From assembly GCF_009914755.1 (NCBI RefSeq), contig NC_060930.1: a stretch of DNA of 64,000 nucleotides. One strand, given 5' to 3'. Shown piece after piece: positions 26,930 through 41,640 of this stretch; the first letter of the stretch is position 1; every line of letters begins with the position of its first letter. Origin of the DNA: the human T2T-CHM13v2.0 reference genome, Homo sapiens. The position numbers and the translations under genes were made by a program. Below the pieces are notes generated by a model. It did no database searches. It was not told the DNA's origin and worked only from the letters and a program-made list of their open reading frames with translations.

Positions 26930-27434
26930 CTAAAGAATAAAGAAAACCCCTCATATTAATATACAAATGTATCCATATTGGGCAGGTTTCAAACTCTTGT
27001 ATTCTCCCCACAGAAGGGTTGAACATCGTTAGAAGTTTGCAGCTGGCCATAATCCAAGTCATTTGGTGTAAGCCTACTGCGTGCATACAGTGCTTGGTCT
27101 AAGGCAAGCATTTTGAGAAAGTGGCAAGATGAATGTCTCTAGCCTATGTGTAAAGAAAATAACCCCAATTACTCAATGTGCCCCAGACCCATAGGGACAC
27201 CATCTCCAGACAGCTTTCTCTCTGTGTAATAAATACTGCTGTCCCATGTGCTGATTAAAGGAGGCTGTGAACAGAAACCAAAGTGTGGTGAAGGAAGCCC
27301 AGGCAATAGACCCAACCAGTGCAAGCAAGTTGGAGGATGAATGGGTGCAGAGCTGCAGTTTCCTCCAAGGCCAGGTCCTCCACCCCAAGGCACCTCCCCA
27401 GCTTCTGATCTCAGAATCCAGACATGTCACTTAC

Positions 27435-27544
27435 ATCTAAAATGTACTCCTGAACCACAGCATGCAAGATGATGGTGATGAAGATGTAGAACAAGATTGT
27501 GACCAGGTCCTTAGGGCCATAGTGGTAGTGCACGGTCTCACTGT
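27435..27544 (-). CDS. TRAM2: TRAM2 exon 3 ([19 protein letters not shown]...QEYILD)
   Basis: ctccacag|AC ... GAT|gtaagt; 110 nt. Confidence 0.97.
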
Positions 27545-27799
27545 CTGTGGAGGTAATAAAAGTCCCATCAGCATCCCTGGGGGAAGGAAATACTCTGGGA
27601 CCCAAAACTGAAATGAGATGGGAGGCGAAATGCGCCATCAAATGCTACCCGTTTGCTATAGCCTCAGACTCAGAAGAAGGTTTCTGCCCCAGAATCCTGC
27701 CCACCCTCTGGTCTTAGCACTTGGAAGCACCAATGGTGATGGCTAAGGAGAACCAAGTGCATGGCTGTATTGTCATAACAGTATCTCCTGAGTCTGTGC

Positions 27800-28315
27800 A
27801 GCAGAGCACAGTGGTTATAACAGAGCCAGGGTTAGAGACCACCAATCCCCATCACTGGCTCTATCACTCCCTAACTGTGTGACTGTGGATAAAGGACTAA
27901 CCTCTTTGAGCCTCAGTTTCCTCCCCTGTAAAATGGGACTATAGTTATGCTTTCTCAAGAAAGCACCGCGTAAGGGCTAAATGTGGACTCAGAAGCTGGA
28001 CTCTTCAGTTTGTATTGCAGCTCTGTCCTATGTGACCCAGGGGTATCTCCATGTGTGACTTTTCTGTACCTCAGTTTTCTCATCTGAAAAATGAGGACAA
28101 CATTTCCTGCATAGTAAGTTTATTATGAGAATTAAATGAATAAATGCGAAGTGCTTAGAACAGTGTCTGGCACATAGTTAAGTGCTATATATGCACTTGC
28201 TATTATTTTTGTTGTTGGGCTAGTGCAAGGATCAAATGAGATAATTTGCTTACAACAGTACCAACAATTTACAGTAAGTCTGCAATAAATGGTGGCTTAT
28301 TAAAATACAATTAAA
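27800..28315 (+). mobile_element. MIR elements (one apparently nested in another)
   Basis: Two MIR cores (gagcctcagtttcctcccctgtaaaatggg; cctcagttttctcatctgaaaaatgagg) followed by two MIR 3' segments. Confidence 0.7.
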
Positions 28316-30044
28316 TAGTAATAAATTAGACAACATCCCAGGTATAGAAATCTTGTGAAACTCCGCCATTGCAGCCTGTGGACAGAGGAGAATCTGCATC
28401 CTTGCTCCAGTCAGTGGGCAGCAGGCTGCGGGGCTGTGAGCCTGGTGGCCGTGTGCCTGGGTCTGGGCTGCTCTCTGCAACCCCCACCTCCACCAGGCAA
28501 ATGGCTGCTCTCCAGCTGTGCTGCATTCGCTCTGAGTCACACACACATGAGTCATCTCACTGCTGGGATGCATTTACCAGAAGGTAGCCAGGCTCAGTTT
28601 GTTTCAGGGTGGCCAGGGAACAAAGTCAAGCTGATTGGGTCACTCTGGGAGTCCACCCTAATCTCAGCCACCCTAGACTGGGAGAATGTAACGGTGGGCA
28701 GTGGTGAGGGGGTGGGAGGAGGTGGCGAGGACAGAGAGAACATGATCTTGGAAATCAGACAAACTTTCCTTTTTCCTCTCCCTCTTCCTTTCCACAAAGA
28801 CCTATTCTGTGAGAGGCACTGGGCTAACTGTTGAAACATGGAGATAAAAGACACCACCCCCGGTTGGAAAACATACAGTGCAGCAGGGAGACTAACAGAC
28901 AGATGTACGATTACACTACAGACGGGCAGCGCTCCTGAGAAGCACATACAGTGAGCCACAGCAGGCGAGGGCCCCACTCTGGCTAGGGTGGAGGTTGTGG
29001 GTAAACTGTTCACTGGTCAGGGTGAACAGAACGGCATTGGAACTCGGGGACCAGCAGGAGAGGCCGGTATTGGGGGCATCCTAGCCAGAGAAAGCAGCAT
29101 CCACAAAGAATGAAGGGACTGAGGCTGGACTGCTGGGGGCGGAGGGGAGGTCACCGTGGTGAGCGGCGGGCTGCTGTGCGTGGCCTTGTGTGCCATGTAA
29201 AAGGGTGTGGACTTTATCCTGAAGGCAACGTGGAAATATCGAAGAATTCAAATTAAACAGGAAAATGATGACATTTGCGTTTTGGAACATTTACTCTGGC
29301 AGCAGTGAACATGCCCAGAGGTAAGGACACCGGTTAGAAAGCTGTTCCTGTGATCCAGGTAAGAAGCCACAGGGCCTGAATCAAGGCAGGAGAAGAGAGA
29401 GGAAGGGAGAAGGAGGGCTGTCAGTGAGAGAGAGCTGATGAGCCTTGGCCACTGAGGACCGAAGGGCTGGGATCCAGGATGGGGAGTCAGGCACTGAACA
29501 CCCGAGGAGAAGACACGAAGATGAGGGAGAGGAGACTCATGGCCCAGCCTCTCCACTCTACCACATGTGACGCCAGGATTACATTTTCCTTGCCTTCTTC
29601 ATAAAGAGACCAATTAGGTGGCCGCATATTTTGAAATTATAAAATAACTAAACATAGTTTCATCATCAAGATCATCCTTACTAGGCATAATGGGATTTAT
29701 ACTCAACCAAACAAGCACAGTCCAAAAATCAGTGAAACAGTACCTGACAAGACCTTAGATTATCCATTTTAAAGCCCTTTACGAGGGTCACCTGCCATTC
29801 TTGATACCAAATACTAGGGTTCCAAAGAAATATGACTATAATCTGAAATCCTTCTTGAAACTAGAATGAATGTAGAAATAAACACAGACTCGTGTTCCTC
29901 TGCTGTTGAGACCTGCGCACATGCATCCTCATTGGCTGACGAACCACGCACAGGGCTCCATGCTGGGCACTGGGAGACGGCAGTGAGCAAGGTGGGCACA
30001 GCCCCTGCCCTCTTGGAGCTTAGCGGGTACACACCACATCCTTG

Positions 30045-30975
30045 TACACTTAAACACCAGCAGCCAAAGAACTGTAACTCAACAACAAAAACCAAACAAC
30101 CTGATTCTAAAAGGGACAAAGTTCTTGAAGAGACATTTCTCCAAAGAAGAAATACAAATGGCCAATAAAGACATGAAAGATACTCAACACCACTCATCAT
30201 TAGGGCACTACAAATCAAAACCACAACAAGGTTATCTCCTCACACCCATAAGGACGGTTACAATGAGGAAAAAACAAACAAGCAAAAAACAGAACAACAA
30301 CAAGTATTGGTGAGGATGTGGAGAAACTGGGAACTTTGTACATTGTTGGTGGGAATGTAAAATGGTACAGCCACTGCAGAAAACAGTATAGTGATTCTTC
30401 AGAAAGTTAACAATACAATTACCACATATTTCAGTAATTCCACTTCTGGGTGTTGGGGTAATTGAAGGCCAGATTTCAATAAAATATTTGTACATCCATG
30501 TCCATAGCAGCACTATTCACAACAGCCAAAAAGATGGAAGCGACGCAGGTGTCCATGGATTGATGAATGAATAAACAACATGTGCTGTATACATACAGTG
30601 GAAGATGATTCAGCCTTAAAAAAAAAAAAAGGAAATTCTGACACATGCTACAACATGGGTGGACCTCGAGGACATTAGACTAAGTTGAATAAGTCAGTCA
30701 CAAAAGGACAAATACTGTATGATTCGATTTATATATGAGTTACCTAGACTAGTCAAATTCAGAGACAGAAAGCAAAATGGTGGTTACCAAGGGCTGGGAG
30801 TGAGAGGAATGGGAAGGTGCTATTTAATGGGTACGGGGTTTGTTTTGCAAGATGAAAAGTGTTCTGAAAATTGGTTGTATAATAACGTGAATGTACTTAA
30901 CAATACTGAACTGTACATTTAGAAATGGTTAAGATGGTAAGTTTTATGTTATGTGTATTTTACAATTTAAAAAAC
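30045..30975 (+). mobile_element. L1M (L1MB-like) ORF2 end and 3' UTR
   Basis: agacatttctccaaagaagaaatacaaatggccaat...cagtcacaaaaggacaaatactgtatgatt...aaatggttaagatggtaagttttatgttatgtg. Confidence 0.9.
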
Positions 30976-31725
30976 AACAACAGCCAGCTGTGTCAATGCT
31001 CTGAAGTGGACTGAAGGCTGGGGGTGTGGAGCAGAAGGTTGGGGACCTGCAGAGGTGGGAGATCAGGAAGCACCCCTTAGAGGTCAGGGCAAGACATGCG
31101 GACTGTACCCTAAAGGAATGAGAGCTACTGGAGGATTTTCGTCACATGTTCATAGAGACCTCTCTTCCTGCCACAGGGAGAATGGGTTAGAGTGGCAAGG
31201 CTGGAAGCCAGGAGAGCAGTCAGAAGGTGCCCGTGGGAATTCCAGGCAGAGCAATCGGAGAAGAGATGGGCGTCGGATAGAGTCAGTGACGGAATCAAAA
31301 GAACCAGCTAACAGCTGGCTACGCGGATGGATTCTCAAGTTCCTTCTGGAACAGTACCTATATTCTATAGCCTCTTTCATGGTTTTAAAATTCTGCAACA
31401 TGCATTATCTCGTCTGATCATCCTAACTATCTCATGAGATAAGCAAGGAAAGTGAATGAGGAAAGAGTTCACAGAGTTAAGGGACACAGTCCGTTTCTTG
31501 GGTTTCCTCACTCCTAGAACCCAGCCACCAAATGCCACCTCAAGGTCAACACAGCCCCCCATCCCACCCCATCACAGCTCCATTTCTGGTAATATACCAT
31601 TCCTCTGACCTCTTACTCCTACAATCATAAGGAACAGCTTCATACACAAATAATCAAAAGCTATATTCTGATTCGCACAAATTATCTCCATGGTTTCCCT
31701 CCTTACCTGCTATCCTCCTACTTTT

Positions 31726-32016
<291 letters not shown>

Positions 32017-32218
32017 CTATCTTCCTACTTTTGATCAGAGGAGGAAAGTAGTAGGTTGGTGCAAACGTAGTAATAAATTGGTTTGGCCCTGTTTTCATAG
32101 AACTATAGAGGTTGGACCTTTGTCCCCTTCCAGATGCCTACAAACAAACTGATGTTTTTGATTTTTTTTTCTTTTTAAATTTTGGTTGCCACTAATTCTT
32201 ATAAAAATCCTCACACAA

Positions 32219-32676
<458 letters not shown>

Positions 32677-34039
32677 CTATTCTATTTTTTTAGAAGAATA
32701 AGTCCAGCACATCTCTGGCCTATGAGGCCAGAGAGGTGACTCTGATTTTGGATCAAAACAAAACGCCTACAGGGACCGGGGGGAGCACAAATGAGCCAGG
32801 TGGTCCAGGTGTCTTAAGATAGCTGCTTTCAATACAGAGGCCCACTGCATTAAGCAGGTCATATTCTTCACTTCCACAGAGAAATATGCTTTCCACTGCT
32901 TTTCTTTAAACATATCACCCTCTGGTCTATCTTTCACATCTCCACTTTGAGAGAAACAAGTTTAAGAGATATCCACTGACCTTTTAACCTTACTAAAATA
33001 AATACACGTTAAAACTGAGATAAACAGTAGTAACTGGCAGCCTCGATGTCAGGAACACACTAGAGAGGAGGGGCACACCCCACACTGTGTCCCACAGGGG
33101 TGAGGGAGGCAGTGGCGTAGCTGCATCTCAGCCACTGTGGCTGCAGGAGAGGCGCAACCCAGTGGCTGGAGTCCCAATGTTTCAAAAGCAAAGAAAAATC
33201 TTTACGTGAAATCATCTGATTTTAAAATGCTGGTGACTAATTCGAAATTTTTAAAAACACTGCATGGGCCAACACCAGACTGGCCAAAGAAAACACATCT
33301 GTAGGCCAACTCTGACTACAGGCCACAGATTTGTAACCTCCAACCTTCATGACCCCTGATACCTTTCCAACACCAATACTCTATGAGCCTTCTTCCTATA
33401 TAACCCTATGGAGTACGCCAATATGCTCTAGTGTAGGAATTAATCTAGCTTTGGGAAAAAGCACCTTCAATAATGACCTTCCTACTGTAGTGGGTTATCC
33501 CACCTCCCATCAAAAATGACACTTACTTTGCTTATCTTTGATTACAGTTTAAAGAGAGACCTGAAATAATCAGAATCTTGGCTGTTTTGACAACCTCTGT
33601 GAGCAGCTGTCCCTTTTGGGGAGTCACATTCTGCTTGACCTCCTGCTCCGTTTCCTATGACTAATAGATATTTTCCTGTTTCCTTCTGAGGTCACCTGCA
33701 AGCGGCTTCTCCTGCCTGCCTTTACATTTCCCAGTCCTGTCTGGATCCCACTGTGCGGTCTCTGACCTCCTCTGCACAACCTGAGCTGGTGTCCACTTCT
33801 TACTGACATCCCATCTGCTTCTGAGAACTCATGTGAGCCAGGGCAGGCATCTGCCCTAGAAGCTTCTTCTTTTGTCTGAAAGCTAGTTGTTTAAAGAGCA
33901 TCACTGTACTCCTAGTTTCTTTCCGAATCCCTGCAAATCTGGATTTGTAAAATTTTCTTCTATTGGTTGCTGTGCCAAGAGCCAACTCTGTTTTCGTATT
34001 ATTTTGAATTTTTTACACTATATATAAATCCAGAATTAG

Positions 34040-35490
34040 ATATGGAAACACCACCACAAACAAAATCTGGAGGCAAATGATCACCTGGGGAAAATATTTA
34101 CAATTCAGATCAGAGACAAAGGGCTAATCTTGCTAATATGTAGTAAGTTGCTATAATTTCACAATAAAAGGATTTTTAAAAATCGAGTAGAAATGAACAA
34201 AGGATATAAACAGACAAGCCACAGAAAAAAGAAACACAGAAAAGATGGCTGTTATACATTTAAAAAAATGCTCAGCCTTACACAGAAGAGATATGCAAAT
34301 TAAAGCTACACTAAGATACCATTTCATACCTATCAGATTGGCAAAAATACAAAGCTTGACAATATATTCTTGCTAAGGCTGTGGGGAAACAGACTCTTTC
34401 TTACACACTGCCAGCAGGAATGTAAAACGGTACCACCTCTTTGGAGGGCAATTTGGCAATTTCTGTTGAGATTACAAACGCATCAATCCTTCGATGCAGC
34501 AATTCTACTTCTGGAAATTTATCCTGCAGCTGGTACCTGCTACAGTCAAAATGACGTGTGTACAAGGTTACACACCACAGCACTGTTTTTAATGGTAAAT
34601 GAATGGAAACAACCCATGTTGTTTTATCTATAGGGAACTGGTAGATATAGTTATAATACACCAGGGTTACTCAACATGTGGCCATGGGCCAATAGCATCA
34701 GTAACACCTGTGAGCTTAAAAACACGCATTCTTGGGCCCTACCCCAGGCCTATTGGCTCAGAAACTTAAAGTAGAAATCTGTATTTAACTACACCTCCAG
34801 GTGATGCTGACCCAGCAAAAATTTAAAAAATATTTATGTAAGCAATAGAGCGATTTAAAAACATCAGAGAGAAATGAAATCAAGAACAGGTAAAACTGTA
34901 ACTGAGAGATTTATGAATCAGAATACCAGTTACTTTAGGAGGGGTGCTGACTGGAAGGGGCAGAAGGAAGCTGGGGTGCTGTATCTTGATCTAGGCTAGA
35001 GCTGCATTAAACCTCAAAACACATTTTTAGAAAGTTGATGACGCTCTCTGCATATTGATATGAAATGATATCTAGGATACATTATTTGGTGGAGAAAAAA
35101 GCCAGGTACAGAAGAAGCATATAGTATTCCATCTTTTATGTAAGAAAGGGCAGGAAAGAAAAATATGCATTTGTATTTGCATAAAGCAACTCTGGATTGC
35201 CAGTTAAGAAATTCTTGGGGCGGGGGGTGGGTACACAAGACACAACAGGGACTGCCCACAGGGAGTAGGGGTGTGAAAGGGACGGAGGGCAGGGTGGGGA
35301 CAAGACTCTCTCCCTCTGTAGTCATGGACTGGATGGGGCACAGGGAAGCTAGGAAGTGGGAAATACTCTATCTTGGTCTAGGTTCAATCGGTACAAAAAA
35401 CCTTGACCTAGGTTAGAGCTGTACAGGAAAGTGTTTTAATACAGATTTATACTTGAACTGTGTGAATGTATTTCTATTCAAAAAACAATT
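34040..35490 (+). mobile_element. Ancient L1ME/L1MC fragments with an inserted MER5-type element (~34661-34830)
   Basis: gatatgcaaattaaagctacactaagataccatttc...ggagggcaatttggcaat...gcaattctacttctggaaatttatcct. Confidence 0.7.
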
Positions 35491-36297
35491 TTTAAGTAAG
35501 TCTTCAAATTCTTCCTGCTTTGTACAGATAAAGTGGTGTCTTCTTCTCTACCTTGTTGCTCTATTTTTTTTTTCTTCCATAGGGAGCGAGAATGGGCATG
35601 AAAAGACCTGGAGCTCACTTCTGGAGCCATCAGTTGTCTGTCATATGACCCAGGGTCCCTCTGTCTCAGTTAACCCTTCTGAACAATGGGATAAAACCAT
35701 CTACCTTTTCTCACAGAGCTATACACTGTAAGGTGCTATGCAAATAGATGAAAGTATTATGCCTACTTCCAACAGAAACAATCAGATGCTAAAGGAACAG
35801 AAGAGTCACTTGCTCTATCCATGCATGATACTGAGCACCTCTCATGGGAACATTTACTCTTCAGAGTAATCCCGGGATTATCTCCATTTACTGACATGGC
35901 AGCTGAGGCATAGAGGTGAGCAGTCGCTGTGCCCCCAGGACCTGCAGCTAGGCAGCAGTGGGGCCAGGACTCAGCTGTGCTACTGACGCCAGGGCCAAAT
36001 CCATTAGCTCCCCATCAGGCCTCTCTGCCTCCTGATACCCCTTCAAATCACACAGAAGGTGCCCTCATTAAACCCTGAAGGCCTGCCCCACTCCCCCAGG
36101 TGGCAGGGAAAAAAGAGGAGCTTAAGACAGGCATGGGGCAAGCAGCCTCCAAGGGCAGCATTGTCCCCACTCTCCAGGCTGCTGGCCTACTCCCTCTGTG
36201 GCCTCCCAACCTAGAAGATGTGACCAGTGGTGTTTTAACTACAAGCATCACCATAGTTCTCAGACACATAAGCACAGATACACACACACACAGAGGC

Positions 36298-36949
<652 letters not shown>

Positions 36950-36952
<3 letters not shown>

Positions 36953-36964
36953 CACAGACACACA

Positions 36965-37001
<37 letters not shown>
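36950..37001. repeat. (CA)n microsatellite
   Basis: About 17 perfect CA units plus a degenerate 5' part. Confidence 0.95.
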
Positions 37002-37003
<2 letters not shown>

Positions 37004-37200
37004 CAGAGAATTAAAGATCTGACAGATCTTCAGAGTTACCATTTTAACCCCACATTGCATGCTTTGTAATATATTTTCTCCATTTTTATAGTAAGGAAGG
37101 AAGATAAAGAAAGGATACTTCCATGACATAAAACAATGTAGCAAAGATGAATGAAGGGCTGAAGAGAAGTTGATAAGATCCCAGGTTTCTGCATTGCTTT

Positions 37201-37481
37201 TTGTTTTTGTTTTTTTTGGCCCAGGCTGGAGTACAGTGGCACAATCTCAGCTCACTGCAATCTCTGCCTCCCAGGCTCAAGCGATTCTTGTGCCTCGGCC
37301 TCCTGAGTAGCTGGAATTACAGGTGTGCCCCACCACACCCAGCTAATTTTTTTGCATTTTTAATAGAGACTGGGTTTCACCATGTTGGCCAGGCTGGTCT
37401 CAAACTCCTGACCTCAAGTGATCTGCTCACCTCGGCCTCCCAAAGTGCTGGGATTATAAGCATGAGCCACTGCACCCGGCC
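37201..37481 (-). mobile_element. Alu (AluS-like)
   Basis: Reverse Alu; TSD tgcattgcttt. Confidence 0.94.
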
Positions 37482-37890
37482 TGCATTGCTTTCTTGATGC
37501 ACCATTCCTTTTTATAAAGCTGTAACCCTCCCTGTAGCTTTCCAGAAAGAAATATACAAGGATTCCTAGGTGCCAGGCACATACTACAGACTCCACTGTA
37601 CTTCAAAGTTCTGTGGCTTCTGCATACAACATCGCCTGGGCATGACACATGCATTCCATAGGCTGCCTCACGTGAAGAATGCTTACAGCTAGGGGAAGGT
37701 GTGAACTTTTTAAAATTCATTGAGAGCTATAAAGAAAAAATAATCTCTCAAGAATCACATACAAAAAAATTTTTTTTAATTAAGGCTTTTTTTTTAAACT
37801 TACAGAAAAAATAACAATTTCAACAAACCCACTGTTAAATTGACAAAAATTATTTCAGTCAAAACAACTGATTAGAAAAAAAAATTATCC

Positions 37891-38236
<346 letters not shown>

Positions 38237-39677
38237 TCAGGAGAAATAGGAAAGTGAAATTCAAGTAAAGATGTGGGGTGGGGTCCAGGTCAGAAAGGGT
38301 GCGGGGTGGGGTGGGGTGGGAGGAAGAGCAAGATGATTCACTAGGAGAAGACATTTGGGGGCTCAGTGCAGCAGTTCAAAGATGTGGGTCAGCAGGTGCT
38401 GGCCACTGTTCCCGCTGACTGCAGGCTTCAGGCTGGTTAACAATCAGCCACAGCCACTCTGTGGTTCTGCTTATTTAAACTGCCACAAGCTCCACATGGA
38501 ATGGGATAAATTATCAGAGCTACGACAGGGAATTGCATAAAAATCAAGCTGCGTCTGAAGAAGACACTTCTAGGTTGCACGGAGGTGTTCAGTGTGTGAA
38601 AATTCATTGAGCTGAACACATGATTTGTCCACCTTTCTGCACAATTGTTACACTTAATAAGTATTAGTTATTGGAAAAAAAAATCAAGTCCAGGGCTGGC
38701 CATAAGACCTGGGTCAGAGGCTCCCCATTCTTTTTCAGATGGCCAACCAATAAGGCCAGGGACACTGGGGGCCGTGGTTTTTCTCTTATTCATACAAACA
38801 GAACCTCAGGGCCAGAGAGCTTTGTGGCTGTTTGGCTCAACAGGGCCAGGACAGAGCCAAGTCTCTACCTCCCTGGTTGGGACTGCCTATGCCCACTGCC
38901 CCATTTGATAAACCCAGCTTTTCTAAAGCTTTCCAGAACCCTGGTGCTGTACAGGTGTGAGCACCCCAGCCCCTCCTTGGCTCTCGCTGGTGCATCCTTG
39001 GGAGCACGAATCAATTCTCTGAGCCTCAGTTTCCTTGGCTATAAAAGGAGCAGGCCAGACTAGATGAGTCTCAAGTCTCCTCCAGGTGTATGGGCCACAG
39101 ATTAGGTAGCTTTCATCCGTAATCAAGTATGGCTTCCATCTCCAGAGCCACCGCTGCCCACCTGTCTCTTTCCTTTCTTGACCCCCATGAGCTCATCTTA
39201 CAAAGAGGGGCTCAGCTTGATAAGTGATGTCAATCTTTCAAGTATATGATACAAGCAGGAGACAACACTAATTCCTGCCAACCAGCAAAGGGAACAAGAA
39301 TCATTTTGAGCCCTGGAAAAAGGCCTTTGGCTGAATGAGGCTTTAAAACCATCTGTCTGAGGTTGTTTTGACTGCAGCAAGTCTCATCCTAGAAGAGGCT
39401 GCAAGAACAATGGCCAAGCTATAGTGTAGGAGGTTCTCAGGCCTTTCATCTCTGGCTGCAAAATGCAACAGAGCAGATGGTAGTAATAAAGCCAACTGGG
39501 ATCCTCAGGGCTCTGGGATGGATTCTTGTTACCTTTGATCACTGTAAAACAAACCTTTCTCTGGAAGAGTTCCCTCAACCTTAGCCTTGGTGTTCTAGGT
39601 GTGCAGCAGCAGGCAGGCTGAGCAACATCAAAGCTACCAGAACTTCTGCTCACACTGCCTTACAAACGTGTACATGA

Positions 39678-39982
<305 letters not shown>

Positions 39983-40224
39983 ACAAATGTGTACATGACT
40001 TCTTAGGAAGCTGTATAGCACCAGCTGGAAACCAACTCCACCAGTGATACTCCCCACCTCCCCCCAGCTTTCCCAGACCAAATATTTATAGAAAAACAAA
40101 AACTAGAAAAGGACAGAAAGATGCAAATGAGTTACTGGGTTTAGGGGTTTCCCTATCCTACCTTTGAGGTTAGAAGTGTAGGATTATTTGAAAGCCTAAC
40201 TAGAGATTTTCGCCCACCTCATTT

Positions 40225-40390
40225 AAAGCCGTGCTTCTTGGGCTTTACGGGGCACAGGAATCTCCGGAGCTCTTGTTAAAATGTAGGTTTTGATGCAGCA
40301 GGTCTGCGGTGGGGCCTGAGAGTGTGTTTTTCTCACAGGTTCCCAGGTGGTGCCGATGGTGTTGGTCTACGGAAAATCTGAGTAGCAAGC
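40225..40390. mobile_element. MER5-type hAT MITE
   Basis: cttgttaaaatgtagg...caggtctgcggtggggcctgagagt...ttcccaggtggtgccgatg...gagtagca. Confidence 0.7.
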
Positions 40391-40490
40391 CCTTCAGAGG
40401 ACTCCCAGGGCTTCCTGTCTACAAGAACCACTGGGGCTGAGGGAGTGGTCATCACTCTGGATTTTGCAGATGCAAGATGGAGATCCAGGT

Positions 40491-40548
40491 GTTAAGTGTT
40501 TCACCCAAGACCATTCAGCGTTAAGTGTTTCACCCAAGACAATTCAGC
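40491..40548. repeat. 29-bp direct tandem duplication
   Basis: gttaagtgtttcacccaagac(c/a)attcagc x2, one mismatch, within a MIR-like segment. Confidence 0.92.
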
Positions 40549-40806
40549 AAATTAGTAGCACAACCCAAGACAACCTTGTGGCTAAATGCTTAGCCCATTT
40601 GGGCTCACCTGTTCTAGATCAGAAAGGAAGCCAGCAGGCCTGGAGTCTGCCTGTGGGAAGAATCAAACTTTTCTTTTCTGGCCTTTATAGTCTATACATT
40701 TCTGATCACACACTAGATACTTTGTGGTAGTTTAATTAGAAAGAAGACTCAGAGTGTGTAATGGTAAGACCAGAAAACACATACTTTATTCCTTGCCAGA
40801 ACCGAG

Positions 40807-40975
40807 CAGGGTGGATGGTTGTGGCCAGTTAAATTTGAATTTCAGATGAATGATGATTAATTTTCTAGTATAATGCTATCTCATACATAATTTGGGACGT
40901 AATTATACTTTTAAAAAGATATTTATTGTTTATCTGAAAATTTAACTGGCAGTCCTGAATTTTTATTCGCTAATA
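40807..40975. mobile_element. MER53 palindromic hAT MITE
   Basis: ccagttaaatttgaatttcagat...ttgggac...ttgtttatctgaaaatttaactgg (inverted arms). Confidence 0.75.
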
Positions 40976-41195
40976 GAAAGGCAAGCAGGAATGAGGAGAG
41001 CAGAAGTTAGTAAAGGAATATTTCCTGCTTCATCACTGTTGTCCTTAAAGAAAACCTCAAGGACGCCAGGGTGGCAGGGGCTCCACCAGGATGCATAAGA
41101 TGCATCACTGCCACTACTGTGTGCATCTCTCTGAATGAAGCTTAATCTTTTTAACCAGCTGATTATAATGCACAAAATCATAAATTTATAGCTGG

Positions 41196-41640
41196 TGTTG
41201 TGAGCTAAACTTGTGTCTCCCTCACCTCCACCAAAACTCTTGTTGATGTCCTAACTCCCAGCATCTCAGAATGTGACCTCATTTAGAAACAGGGTCTCTG
41301 CAGATGTAGTTAGTTAAGATGAGGTCACCGTGGAGTAGGTTGGGCCTCTAATCCAATACGACTGTGTCCTTATGAAAAAGAGAAATTTGGACACACAGAC
41401 TGACACGCACACAGGGAGAAGTCCATGTGAAGACTGACACTTCACACGCGAAGGAACTACCAGAAGCCAGGAGGGAAGCCTGGACCAGATCCTTCCCAGA
41501 GCCTTCCGAGGAGCGCGGCCCCTCTGCTGGCCCCGTGGTCTCGGGATTCTAGAATCCAGAACGCTGGGATGGTAAATTTCTATTGTTTCAGCCACTAGGT
41601 TTGTGGTACTTTTGTTACACCGGCCCTAGGAAACTAATAC
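41196..41640 (+). mobile_element. MLT1 (MaLR) LTR, near full length
   Basis: tgttgtgagctaaacttgtgtctcc...cagaatgtgacctcatttagaaacagggtc...ctaggaaactaatac. Confidence 0.85.

Noticed and set aside
30125-30513. L1 ORF2-like peptide (RHFSKEEIQMANK...)
   Set aside because: Frameshifted relic of an old L1; not an active element.
32052-32075. MADE1-like TIR (taggttggtgcaaa) as a miR-548-type hairpin
   Set aside because: Only one partial arm is visible, so no hairpin can form.
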